DNA from: Geosiphon pyriformis uo1
Taxonomy: Eukaryota; Fungi; Glomeromycota
Reading direction: 5' to 3'
Assembly: GCA_016748015.1 (NCBI GenBank)
Contig: JAAOMT010000127.1
Location: 1-64,000 of the forward strand
Length of the DNA stretch: 64,000 nucleotides
Made by a program: the position numbers and the translations under genes. This document shows positions 1 through 12,417 of the stretch, piece after piece. Under the pieces are notes generated by a model. That model was given only the letters and a program-made list of their open reading frames with translations, was not told the origin of the DNA and made no database searches. Numbering within the stretch: position 1 is the stretch's first letter; the number at the start of each line of letters is the position of its first letter.

Positions 1-1472
1 TAAGTGTTTGGCAGTTGTTTTTGGTAGTATTGGAGTATTTGGGGTGGTTTTTGAGTATTGCTTCAATTTGTGTTTGCCTTTGTTGCTTGTTTCTGTTTCC
101 AATTCAAAATCAATAGAGTATTGAGACTGCACTGGATATGTTTCTTCACAGTACTTGATAATGTTAAAATTAAGTTCTTGAAAGTAAGTGGCAAGTGTTT
201 CACTGTTAAGGTCTTCAGTTTCCAACTGTGAATAGTGTGCTAAATTATTGTAAAGATTGCTTCTAACTTCCGAGATATTGTAATTTCCAAAAAGATAATT
301 GTTGATGCAGTTTTCAATGTATTGGTATACTGATTTCTTGACAACTTCAATTCCGTCTGGAATGTTGAATCTTTGCTTGCAGTGGGTGTAAATTGATTGG
401 TAATATTCTAGAGTTGTTGCATCTGGTGTAGTCACTACTTTGAAGTTGTTTTGCTGTGTTGTTTCCATGGAAAAGCACCAAATGTTACCAGAGGTTTTTG
501 GTCTCTTTTCTTGAATGTTGTTGATGTTGATTTGCTGTGAATTCACGTTTTCAGAAAGTAGTTGAACCTCCAGTAACTGAATTTATCTTCAAATTATCTC
601 CTATAATTTGAACTGCTGGGCTTATAAGTGGAATGACCAATTTCATGCCAATTACTTTATGTAGTTACATTGTAGTAAATGTCAACTTTTTCCCAGAAAT
701 TGCTTGTCTGGAAGCTCACTAAAAATATATAATTACTTTGCTGTGAAAGTCAACTCTTCTACAAGAATTCTCGTCTGTAGGCTACCCAAATGATTTATAA
801 TAAGAAAAGAAAGAGAATAAAAGAAATGTAAAAGAAAAAGTAAAACTGATGATTTATGGAAGTCGTTTTGGATCCAGACCTGAAAGTGCTTTAACAGTTT
901 ACTGAAATTGGTAGCTAGTCAATTTCAAACTGTTAGCAGGAATTGGTTAATTTCAAGGAAAATAATTTAAGAATTTGGTTTTTCGAATTATTTGATATTT
1001 ATTTGTATTTTTGGGTGTAAAAGATTATTCTAATTGTTTTAAATCTGAAGTAAGATACATTTTCTCGAAGAGAAAAGCTCTTCTTTTATACAACTTGTCA
1101 TAACACTATTCTATGAACTCAAACTTTGCTATTTTCTACAATTTTGTTGAACTAAAGATACATTTTGGCAAACTACAAGTTATTTCTATAAACTATTAGA
1201 TATTTCAGTGAACTATTAATTATTTTGGTGAATTTCTACAAATTTTTGGTGAACTTTTTGAATGTTACATAGTTCAGAGTATTGCATGATTGATCATTGC
1301 AATTAGGTTATATTTGTGTTATGTACAAATTGGGTTATTAATTAAATGATAATTTCGGATATTTTGCTAATGTAATAAGTGATAATTTGAAACGATAATA
1401 TATGCTAATTAATGATAAAATTTATAAGAGTAATTTCATGCTAAACAATATCTCTAATTTTGTCTGGTAACA
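1..1472 (-). mobile_element. Ty3/Gypsy LTR retrotransposon related to element C; 5' LTR and start of gag only (rest lies outside the window)
   Basis: Minus-strand LTR 483-1472 (TGTTACCAG...GGTAACA) resembles LTR 29876-30886. It is followed by a TGGTGC PBS-like site and METTQQNNFKVVTTPD..., homologous to ORF 30932. It interrupts the gag of the next element at ...EAVTTYLGH. Confidence 0.9.
483..1472 (-). repeat. LTR (~990 bp), family C-like
   Basis: TG...CA termini; shares blocks with 29876-30886 and 38769-39759 (e.g. gtataaaagaagagcttttctc, agctaccaatttcagtaaactgtta). Confidence 0.88.
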
Positions 1473-3759
1473 GTGTCCCAAGTAGGTGGTAACTGCTTCT
1501 GTGTCCCCTTGTTTTAGGGTGGTGAAAGTACTTGCCAGGTGGTTGATGCTATTATTATCACTAAAATATCTTAGGAATTCTATTTTAAATGCATTAAAAT
1601 TTTGGAGTTTCTGGGCCAAGCTATAATACCATAAGTTGGCAGTATCCTTTAAGAAATATGGGATGACTTGTATAATTTTTGTGTCATTCCAATTATTTGC
1701 AGTAATGGCTTTGACGACGTCATTGATCCATATCTGGGTGTCGTCTTCTTTACTGGTAAACTTCTCAAGTTTTGCAATTGATACAAAAGCCATTGGCATG
1801 ATCAGTTGCTGTTGTTGTATTAGTGGTTGAAGCAGTTGTTGTGGTTGCTGAACCAGTTGCTGGATAAGTTGCTGTAGTGGTGGCTGTTAAAGAAGTATTT
1901 GCTGCTGTTGAATTGGTTTGATAATCAGTTCAATTGGTGGCTAATTGATGACAATATTTGAAGATAAGTTTTATTGATTAATTAAGTCAGGGTTTCGGTT
2001 ATTTTGATTTGGCAAAGTTTTGATTTGGCAGAGTTTCGATTTTTGGATCTTCTAGATTTTGATTTTGCTGAGTCTGAAAATTTGGGGTCCCAATATCCAG
2101 GTTCTCAATAATCAGGTTCTGGTAAGTAAATTCTTGATCTTCAGATTTTTTTTCCTCTTCTTCTTCTTGTTCTTTTTCCGATTCAGTTGGTTCCCATGGA
2201 TCAGTAATTCCAAAATCTGGTTGAGGTGGTGGTGATCAAATTCTTGATGGCATTGGTGATCTTGATTTGAATTCCTTGAAGTATGCATCATATGGTCCTA
2301 ATAAATCTTTTTTTCTTTGTTTACTTTGGAATGAAAATTGTCCAAATGTTAATGTTGCGTTTGATGTAGATGCACCTACTGATGCAATATTGATAGTGCT
2401 TTCAGGAGTATAATGATATGATGGATTTGTAGGTAATTCAATTCTGTGTTTCTTCTAAGTGGGTGGTTGGATCTGTTGAGGTGTTATTGCTGGTGTTTGT
2501 AATTTTTTTTTGCCTTTATTGGCATAAGTGATTGGGTAGCTTTGTTGTGTATGATGTTCAATTTCTTTATTAATCTCAGTGATGATAGATACAAAATTAT
2601 AATTTGTTGGTAAGCTGGTGTTTTGGATTAATTTGTGGTAAAAAGTTTCTCTCACTGATTCAGTGTTTACTGGTGTTCTTAACAAATAGGCAATTTTTTC
2701 ATTGACATAGAAATTGAAGGCTAATTTTGCTGATATCTGATTGTGGTTCAATTCCAAGTGTTGACAGTAGTGTTGAAATAAGGATTTCATGAATCCTAAA
2801 TGGTTTGCTCCTATACTTTTTGATTTTGCCACTGTTGATTTATTTGTTGGTGCTAGTTCTCTGTAGGATTATACCTCACAGAAAGCACCAAATGTTACAG
2901 GTGATTAATTGGTTGTTGAAGTAAATAACAAACTCATAACTTGGTGTTCAAGACTGTTGTTGATGATGGCAATCTAAAGGTGTGTTTATCTGAAGGTTTT
3001 GTTGTGGAGTTCTTTGTATAATGAACAGAGATTCAATGGTAATAGTTTTATCCATAGCTTCCTGAAACCACAGTTTTGTCAATTTCTTTTTTAACATAAT
3101 GGCTGGTGTTTCTCCTGGTAAGCTAACCTCAATCAAGTGTCCTACTCTTATTTCTGGGTCTTTTACCAGTGCTATATTCTGACATCAGTACCCCACATGT
3201 TAATCCTCAATAGAGTTAGTAATAACAACAATTAAGACAAGAAAATAAAAGAAATGACATAAAGAAATGAGCCAAGGCAATACACAAGTTAGTATCTGTT
3301 AATAGCCGTGATCAAGAGCTATTGTTTCAGTGTAATTAAGTATCATTTACTATCAACATGAAGTGTTGATAGTGAAGAGTGGATTTGGATGATAAATAAT
3401 TTATTTATTCAATATTTGTGAATGGAAGATTTCTAACTAAAGAATTCTGCTTTTTCTACATCTAATACTACCACTATATATACATAATTAATGTTCTACA
3501 AGATTGCTCACATTTCCGAGTGATGTGCTATGATTTTTTAAGCAATGCTCACATTGTTAAGTAATGTGCTCTAATTTTCTAACATTGCTCTACATTGCTG
3601 AACAATATGCCATGTTTTCTGATATTGTTCCACATTGCTGAGCAATGTGCCATGATTTTTGACATTGCTCCACATTGTTAAGCAATGTGCTCACATGCTA
3701 AATACTATTTTCTTATTGGTCTGCTATTTTCTATATCTGTTTTCTTTTTATAAGTAACA
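1473..3759 (-). mobile_element. Ty3/Gypsy element related to element B; 5' LTR, PBS and partial gag, interrupted at 1472
   Basis: LTR 2893-3759; PBS TGGTGCTTTCTGTGAGG at 2874-2890. ORFs 2455-2832 and 1422-1799 are homologous to gag pieces of element B (16558-16845, 17689-17964). Confidence 0.9.
3505..3695. repeat. ~40-bp tandem repeat (about 5 units) with an internal palindrome, in LTR U3
   Basis: Units resemble tgctc(c)acattgctgagcaatgtgccatgatttttgacat. The core cacattgct-g-agcaatgtg is a dyad. Confidence 0.8.
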
Positions 3760-4676
3760 CCACAAAACTTAGTCCAAATAACCAGAAACCAAAGATTAAG
3801 AATTATTCACACACAACAGAACTGAAGATTAGCAATAGTTATGTACTAACTAATTCTCAGTTCCTTAAATCAGACATCTAATATTATAAGTAATTTCAAA
3901 TAATTCTATAAGTACTACCAAGACCTAGCACTAACTAGGAAAAACAAAGCAAAAACTAAAACAATTAAATACAAAACTCTGTAAACATTGCTTAATTCTC
4001 AATGACTTCGAATATTGTGATGATTGTATCCTTATTCATAATTGTTATTATATATAATTTATTTAATTTCCAAAGAAAAAAAACCAATTAATAAATGTAC
4101 TTTAGAATCAGAATCAAAATTTAATTGCAATTCAGACTCTAATAATAACAATAACAACAACAGTTTTAATATTATTTACCATAACAATAATAACAATAAT
4201 AATTTAAACTTTAATTACAATCTTAAACAATATATTGTGCTTTTAGATTTTTCAAAGAAGCAAAAACTTAAATGGTTTAATGATAATAATAAAAATATTA
4301 TACTAAAACATATATATAATACTGATGTAAAGTTTGATCTTAGATATTCCAAAAAAACTGCTATTAGATTGGAATCTTATTTGTGTACCAGTATAGATTT
4401 AAAAAATTTAGAAAATCTTAACAGAGCTTAATATTAAAAGTAGAAAATAATATTACTTATAGAAATTAAGAATTATAATAATAGATAAAATAATCAATCA
4501 AAAATAAACATAGTAAAAAGAGAAATTTCAAGATTTTTTTGAAAAATTATAGGATTTCAGAATCTCAAAATTCCAGAATTTTTCTTAAAAAATTGTAGAA
4601 TTGCAGAATTGCAGAATTTTTTTAAAGAAATTGAAAGATTTTAAGAAATTTTATATAATATAATTTATTTATATAT
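3760..4676 (+). mobile_element. Heavily degraded, internally deleted family-B Gypsy relic (gag, Cys-rich and dUTPase fragments, PPT, start of 3' LTR at ~4451)
   Basis: ORF 4042-4431 is homologous to 20038-20700 (ESESK..., YIVLLDFSKKQKLKWF, DVKFDLRY). gagcttaatattaaaagtagaaaataa-tattactt matches the PPT/LTR junction at 24913-24947. Degenerate caggattcc repeats occur at 4550-4640. Confidence 0.75.
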
Positions 4677-5402
4677 TGTTACGGTTGAAACACATAGTTT
4701 TTATTAATTATTACATGTATTAGCCAATGATGTCATATAATTAGCCATCCTATTTTTAGATAGTGATCATTAACCTGATCAATGACCTGACCGTTGACCT
4801 GATTATTGACCTGATCAATGACCTGATCATTGACCTGATCGTTGATCTGATCATTGACCTGATCATTGACCTAGTCGTTGACCACTTTAGACAGCTATAT
4901 AAGCAATGATTCCCTTAGCTGTAGAAAGACATGATCAAAGTAACGAAATAAACAATATTAATTACTTCCTCTCATAATCGCTTATTCCTCTTTCCTTACC
5001 TTCAAGTATCTACTTGTTGGCATTCACATACCTTATCTTTTCCTCTTCTTGATTTGTATTTGTTAGAATTAGCCTGAGAAGCAATTGGCTTGCTCTTGTA
5101 ATTCATTGAATAAAGAAACAATTAAAAAGTACAATGATACCTGTTATTGATTCTAAGAATCGCTGAGTTGAGGCATAGAATAATAGCAGCAGTGTTATCT
5201 TGTTGACAATCATGGACTATTTTTTTACCTTCAGATTTAAGAAAAAATTAGCGACTGTGATTTTTATGAGACTGATCATGCACATTGAATTCCTACTTAT
5301 TCAATTTGCTTCCTTATTGTAATTCCTTCTTTGTTTATTTCTATCACCATACAATACTGTTCTCCCTTGCTATCTGTTAGCTTGTTACTCCAACCCATAA
5401 CA
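4677..5402 (+). repeat. 5' LTR of element A (726 bp)
   Basis: Direct repeat of 11736-12413; contains 9 copies of the 12-mer tgacctgatcat. Confidence 0.95.
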
Positions 5403-5408
5403 TAAAAG

Positions 5409-5425
5409 TGGTGCTTTCTGTGAGG
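5409..5425 (+). promoter_or_regulatory. Primer-binding site, probably elongator tRNA-Met
   Basis: TGGTGCTTTCTGTGAGG just after the LTR. Its complement CCUCACAGAAAGCACCA fits the CCUCACA-N4-GCACCA 3' end typical of eukaryotic elongator tRNA-Met. The same site occurs at 16498 and, on the minus strand, at 2874-2890. Confidence 0.7.
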
Positions 5426-5922
5426 TTGTCAAAATTCACTTATTCCCTCATTGTATAGGTGATTACTCATATCTGCCACAGCAATCAGAAGAACACTTTG
5501 CAGCACACAACAGAAATGACCAAAGTTTCATTGAACTTAATCCTCTGCCTTTCTGCTTAATCTGCTTCCCCTTTGAAGAACAATCCAGTAGACAATTCCA
5601 AGACTTTTGGAACTGGTTCCTGAATGAGCATTCAGCTGAAACCTACACAGCTTATACAACCTATTACTTTGACCAAGCTTATTTTGAAAACGACTTTAAA
5701 GAAAGAAACAACAGTATCAATCAGCTCTTATATTCTGCAATCTTTGAACAACAGCCCCCTGATTTCGAATATCTGAACCATCAAATTCACATTTGGATTG
5801 CTGCCCATCAAGCAACTGAAACTCCCTTTGAAACAGAAGAAGAAAGCTACCAAACTGTCCCTGTTTTTGATCTTTTATCAAGTAAATTAGACTCGTCTAC
5901 ACAAACAGTTACTCCTAAACCA

Positions 5923-7008
5923 ATGGCTAATGACCCCATGCAAGCAAACATTCTGGCCGCCCTCCAAGGTATACAAACTGCTTTAGGGTGAAGAAACAAC
6001 ACCCCAATATCATTATTTAGAGGTGATGCACAAGATCCAATTGAATGGTTGGATGACTTTGAAAGAGCTGCTATAGCCAATCAATATAACAATAAGTACA
6101 AGTTCCAAATTGTTGGTGGCTACCTTCAAGAATCTCCTGCTACCTGGTTCTCACAAGAAACAGATGCCAATGCCCAGCAAAGAATTGTTAAATGGACACC
6201 AACAAATGTGAGAGAAATCAACACTTCTCTCACTACCCAGTTTGAAAACAAGTTCAGAACTCCAATATTAATATCAAAATGGCATATGGAATTGGAAAGA
6301 AGAACCCAAAGTCCTGGTGAAGTTGTAACCAAATATGCCAAAGCAATCAGAAAGTTAATCAAACGAGTAGACACTGGAAGAAATTGGACAGAAGAGCAAA
6401 AAATTCACTCCTTTACAAAAGGATTGAGAACTGATCTATCGTATGCTCTTTGGCCCCTCCTGGCCCTGAAAGATAATCTCACCATGGATATGGCCATTGA
6501 ATTAGCACAAAGAATTAAAGACAACCAAAGGATGCACTTGGGATCCACACTACCAGTTTTTGCTCCTGTTCCTGTCATGGCTCCTGCTCCTCAAATGGCT
6601 GCTACTTTTTTTGCCACTCACACTCAAGATCCAAATGAACAGTTAATAGACAGACTTACAGCAAATTTTGCTCGGTTATTAGAACCCTTAGCCCAAGCAG
6701 TCAGAGAAAATTAGCAACCACAAAGATCCAGATTTGAACCACGCTTCAATCAGCCCCAGCAACCACCTTATCAAAGACAACAAAATTGTGGCCCACCTGT
6801 ATGCTATCACTGTGGATTAACTGGACACTTTTCAAGAGATTGCAACAATTCTCCACTGCCTTCACCAGTCCCCAGAAACAATGATGCTCAGAACAACAGG
6901 ATCAACAACAACAATGTGCTCAACCAAAGACCCAATCATGCCAACATCAATTTCTTTGGAGAGGATCCTCTAGTTGAAGCCACTGTTTATCAGCCTTTAA
7001 ACTGGTAG
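5923..7008 (+). pseudogene. gag: Gag of element A (capsid plus CCHC knuckle)
   Basis: ORF 6049-6714 is retrotransposon-gag-like; CYHCGLTGHFSRDC at ~6802-6843; premature stops at 5989 and 6712. Confidence 0.88.
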
Positions 7009-9695
7009 GCGCACCTCCAAAGGGTGAGAGTGCAAGCCAACCAGAAGAAAACCTTTTTTATGCTTTTAACTTAACTGATGATGACCATGACATGGATGAA
7101 TTAGCAATCAACCCCTCTGAATTCACAAGAAAGAAAAAGAAAGCCAAAGTTGATTTTGTTCTAGACCCCAATAAAGCTTCTACATCAACTGCTGACAACA
7201 ATAAGCCCCCAAAAGCCAAAGTTTTCAAGAACCCTCCAAAGTTGAAACCCCCAGAAATAGTACAAAAATCCAGTCCCTATTCTGTTGTTAAAGACCTTAT
7301 GGAAACCCCAGCACATATTATCTTTGGCCAATTGATGACCCATCCACAATTCAGAAAAGATCTTCGCAAATCCCTAATTCCAAAGAAAAAGACACCCAAA
7401 ACCAACAAACACTCTCACCAAGCTGGACTTGTTGACAATAGCAATGTCACTCCTCTAATTTGTAAAGCCCAAGTGGCTGGCTACTTCATCGATTTGATCC
7501 TAGACAGTGGATCATCTGTTAATGTTATTGCCAAACACTTTCTTGAAGCAATTGGCAGAAAAATTGATGAACCATCCACATGACCAATGACCAATGTGCA
7601 TGGTGATAAGAAGAAAGGGCTTGGCATAGCCAAAGCTATTCCTGTCCACATCAATGGCATTAGCATTGAAACTGACATGGAAGTGTCTGAAGCAAAAGAA
7701 TACACCATCATTGTTGGCAATGAATGGCTCAAGAAAGCAAAGGCTTTGCTTGATTATGAACTTTGTGAACTAACCATCAGATGTGGTGAAAAACCCATTG
7801 TGGTTAAGTGTCACCATTGGACAACTCCCCCAGTACCCAAGCAGAGCCCAAAAGAAAATGAATCAGATGAATCAGATGATGAAGAAAGTGAGAAAAAAAA
7901 AGAACAAAAAGAACAAGAAGAAACTGCTGAACTCGTCTATACCATTTTCACTAGTAATAGCAAACCACTAGATAATGTCAAGGCAAATAAAGAAGGAATT
8001 ATTGTCAATGGCAAGCTGATCTGCTGGGCTTATTATGATATGCTCAGAAGAACCTTTGACAGAAAGCCAGATAAGAAAGCCAAATACAGTTATTGATAGC
8101 ATGGTCCTTGTGCCTGGTGCTGGTGCGACAAACCATTGTATTCTTCTAGCAATGAATGCATGTCCTGCCTGATCTATTACAAAGATTGGAAACCAATCAG
8201 CTTGATACCCCAAGAGGAAATAAAAAAAGTCCAAAAGTCCTTTGAAAACAAACCACCTGAAATCCAATCACTGGTTGTAGAACAAAGAGAACTCTCTCCA
8301 GAAGAAAGAAAAGTAGACATTGAAAACCTGCTGGCTAAAAACAGCCCAGTTATCTCAAAAGAAGGTGAATCTCCTAGATGTACACATGTGATACAACACA
8401 CCATCATTACCAAAAAAACTCGCCTCATTCATTTGAAGCCTTATCAATTCAACCGACACAATGATGAGTTTATCAAAAAGGAAATAACCTGAATGAAAAC
8501 CCTTGGATTCATACAGGAAACCAAGAGTGAATGGGCATTCTCAGTTGTAGTGGTATCCAAGAAAGGAGGAACCTTACGCTTTTGTGTTGACTATCACCAA
8601 TTAAATGCCATTACTGAAAAAGACATGTACCCATTTCCCAAGATTGATGCAATGCTAGACCAATTCCATGGTACTGCTTTCTTCTCAACCATTGACTTAA
8701 CTGCTGGATTCTGGCAAGTAGAGATGGATCCAGAAAGCAGAAAGAAAACTGCCTTTATTACCAAGTATGGTACCTACAAATTTACAGTCATGCCTTTTGG
8801 TCTCACAAATGCTCCTCCCACATTTCAACACTTAATGGACAAAGTATTTAAATCAGTAAAAAAAAACTTTGTTCTAGTCTACTTGGATGACATAATGGTA
8901 TACTCAAAAACCTGGAATGAACACCTTGAACATTTGCAAAAAGTTTTTGACCTCCTTAGAAATACTGGTCTCAAGATCAATTCAATCAAATCATTCTTTG
9001 GACGTCAATCCACCCAGTTCCTTGGCCATCTTATTACAAAAGATGAAATCTTCCCTGATCCAGCCAAAATTGAAAAAGTTCAAAACATTAGACAACCAAT
9101 GAATGTTCATGAACTATACTCTTTTCTTGGTTTGGCCTTTTATTATCACAAGTTTGTCAAGAATTTCTCCAAAATTGCTGCTCCTCTCAATTAGCTACTT
9201 AGGAAAAACATCAATTATCATTGGGGCACTCATCAACAAAGAGCATTTGAAATTCTGAAGGAAAAACTGGTTACAGAACCCATTCTCATGCAACCTAATT
9301 TGAATCAATCTTTTATCCTCCACACTAATGCATCTGGCTATGAACTTGGTGCTGTTCTTTCCCAAAAAGATAAAGATAACAGAGAACATGCCGTAGCATA
9401 TGCCAGTAGAACTTTCACACCAGCAGAAAGAAACTACTCAGTTACTAAGCAGGAATGCTTAGCAGTAGTTTGGGCTACCAGCTACTGGGACAAATATCTT
9501 AAGGGTGTGAAATTTTTGGTGGTAACAGATCACCAAGCTTTGGTTTGGCTACACAACAAAAGAAACCTAGAACATAAACGGATAACTCGCTAGATACTCC
9601 ACTTGGACAAATTTGACTATGACATTCAACACTGCAAAGGAGCTAATTATCAAAATGCCGACACTCTCTCCAGACTTACCATCCAGTGATAGTAA
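6996..9695 (+). pseudogene. pol: Pol of element A: aspartic protease, RT, RNase H (in the -1 frame relative to gag)
   Basis: LILDSGSS (protease); RFCVDY, MPFGLTNA and YLDD (RT); GAVLSQ, ECLAVVWA and TDHQAL (RNase H). Ends LSRLTIQ then TGA TAG TAA. Confidence 0.93.
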
Positions 9696-9754
9696 AACCC
9701 TCTCAAACCAAACCAACTTAATTATTTGTAACTCCCCCACAAACAAACACGATA

Positions 9755-11062
9755 ATGGACTTGGACAACTACTCTGCTTTAATGAAATTTTTGGGTAAAG
9801 AACAATATCCACTGGACTATACTCGACAGCAAAGAAAACATTTGCGCAAACAATCAAATTTCTATTTGATTCGTTAAAACCAGTTATATAAAAGAAATAG
9901 AAAAGATCCTGACTGCTCCCAGAGAGTCATTAGATTTGAAGAAAGAAAAATTGTGATCTACAATATGTACACTGATCCATTAGCTGGACACTTTGGAAAA
10001 ACAAAAACAATTCAGAAAACTTTAGCTCACTATTATTGGCCTACTTTGGGAAAAAACATTGCTAAATACATCAAAACCTGTGATACCTGTCAAAGAAGAG
10101 AAAAATCCAATTGCAAGGAAGATATCCATCCAATCTCTGTTGGTCAACCATTTGATAGAATTGGTATAGATGTTGTTGGACCTTTAACAGTAACTCCTGA
10201 TGGCAACAGATACATTATCACAGCTACCGACTATTTTACAAAGTGAGTAAAAGCAAGAACCACCTCAGATCAAACAGCAGTCTCAATTGCCAATTTCATT
10301 TATGAAGATATTATCTGTCATCACAGCTGCCCTGAAGAACTTTTATCTGATAGAGGAAGAGCTTTTCTCAGTACACTGGTTGAAGAACTTTGCAGAAAAA
10401 TGGGAATACGTCATAAACTTTTTTCCCCTTATCACCCCCAAACAAATGGCCTAGTGGAATGTTTCAATAGAACACTATGTGAAACCCTAGCCAAAACCAG
10501 TAAAGAAACCAACCTATGGGACAAAGTATTGCCTTCAACCTTGTTTGCTTACAGAACTGTGAATCATGACATAACAAGTTATGAACCCTTTTATCTGCTC
10601 TATGGACGAATGACAACTCTACCAATAGAAATGAATATAGAAACAATATCTTTTAAAGAAATAACAATAAGAGATTACAAGAACATTTTGCAAAGAAGAC
10701 TTGGTACCATTCTTGACTCATTGGTAGAAGCACGAATAATTGCCTTTGAAAAGATAAAACAGTTCCAAGAGAAGCTCAAAAAGAAAAAGACCTATAAAAC
10801 ACTTTCCTTAAGTGTTGGTGACTTAGTTTTGAAATACCATTCAGACAGAGACAATGTCTATGGTGATAAATTCTCTAGCCGGTGGAAAGAACTCTTTATA
10901 GTCAACAAAGTTTTGAACAATGATTCTTATATCTTACAAGATCAATATAGAACAATATTCAGTGATTGCCCTGTTCATGGCACGCGACTCAAGAAATATC
11001 ACAAACAACCTGATTGGTTACCTGTTGTGGTAATACTAACCCAAATGATCAGCAAAAATTAG
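9755..11062 (+). pseudogene. int: Integrase of element A (separate ORF)
   Basis: Own ATG (MDLDNY...); degenerate HHCC zinc finger (GHFG...CDTCQ); IGIDVVGP, TDYFTK, YHPQTNGLVE. Confidence 0.92.
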
Positions 11063-11735
11063 ATATAAATAAATGCATCATTCCCAAAACAGAGGTATCT
11101 TTAATTGACATAAACAATTATTTCCTGGATCAAAACATTCAAAACGCTTTCTATACTCTCCATGAGTACTGGATCAAAAACTATTCAAATGCTACTCTGA
11201 CTATTGGAAAACAAACCACTATAACAGACAACAGTGAAACTCACACTGTTATTAGACCAAAGAAAACAATTACCAGAAGAGAAAAAATTGGTAGCAAAAT
11301 GGATAAATATCTGTTGGAAAACATAACAGCAATAACACTTTCACCTTCCAGCACAATTGGAAAAACAATACAAGAAATCTTGCCCATAGACAAAAACTTG
11401 TCATATGGAAGACAACTAAAACTTTATAGTTGTCTTGGTGAAATCATAGAAGACATGAAGCTTATGAAGAAAACAACTTCAGAGATACAAATGGAAATTT
11501 TGGGCATTATATGATTGAATGTCTCAAGAGTTTTGACCATTGCTAGAAGAACCAGAACTCTAATACAAAGATTTGGTCTCTTGGATACAAAGCTTATTTT
11601 GTCTCAAGTACTATATACTCTATCCACAAAAAACTTCAACATACTAGTTAGTTTTGAGTTAGACAAAACCCTTCACATAGACTATCTTATAAATAGTTTG
11701 ATTTCGCCGGAGCTCAATCTCTTTGGAGAAAATGA
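11014..11735 (+). pseudogene. Extra ORF of unknown function between integrase and the 3' LTR of A
   Basis: ORFs 11014-11514 and 11515-11766 are in one frame. An alternative frame at the end reads DFAGAQSLWRK*, like the equivalent ORFs of B and C. Confidence 0.6.
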
Positions 11736-12413
11736 TGTTACAGTTGAAACAAATAGTTTTTATTAATTATCACATGTATTAGCCAATGATGTCATATAAT
11801 TAGCCACCCTATTTTTAGATAGTGATTGTTGACCTGATCAATGACCTGACTGTTGACCTGATCATTGACCTGATCATTGATCTGGTTATTGACCATTTTA
11901 GACAGCTATATAAGTGATGATTCCCTCAGCTGTAGAAAAACATGATCAAAGTAACAAAATAAACAATATTAATTACTTCCTCTCATAATCGCTTATTCCC
12001 CTTTCCTTACCTTCAAGTATCTACTTGTTGGCATTCACATACCTTATCTTTTCCCCTTCTTGATTTGTATTTGTTAGAATTAGCCTGAGAAGCAATTGGC
12101 TTGCTCTTGTAATTCATTGAATAAAGAAACAATTGAAAAGTACAACGATACCTGTTATTGATTCTAAGAATCGCCAAGTTAAGGCATAGAATAATAGCAG
12201 TGGTGTTATTTTGTTGACAATCACGGACTATTTCTCTATCTTTAGATTTAAGAAAAGATTAGCGACTGTGATTTTTATGAAACTGATCACGCACATTGAA
12301 TTCCTACTTATTCAATTTGCTCCCTTATTGTAATTTTTTCTTTGTTTATTTTCATCACCATACAATACTGTTCTCCTTTGCTATCCATTAGCTTGTTACT
12401 CCAACCTGTAACA
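11736..12413 (+). repeat. 3' LTR of element A (678 bp)
   Basis: Direct repeat of 4677-5402 with 5 rather than 9 12-mer units. Confidence 0.95.
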
Positions 12414-12417
12414 ATAT

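Larger units (their letters stand above)
4677..12413 (+). mobile_element. Full-length Ty3/Gypsy LTR retrotransposon A (decayed)
   Basis: LTRs 4677-5402 and 11736-12413; 4-bp TSD atat; PBS 5409-5425; PPT ~11725-11735; domain order gag-PR-RT-RH-IN. Confidence 0.96.

Noticed and set aside
3505-3695. Palindromic repeats resembling a CRISPR array
   Set aside because: Units are tandem with no unique spacers, lie inside an LTR, and there are no cas genes; the context is eukaryotic.
6985-7022. 38-nt GT...AG intron joining gag and pol
   Set aside because: Very short, with no clear branch point or pyrimidine tract; a correctly phased UUUAAAC slippery site explains the frame change better.
10900-11062. 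Chromodomain at the integrase C-terminus
   Set aside because: All three integrases end shortly after the GPY/F-like region with a short P-(V/I)4 motif; no chromodomain pattern is visible.
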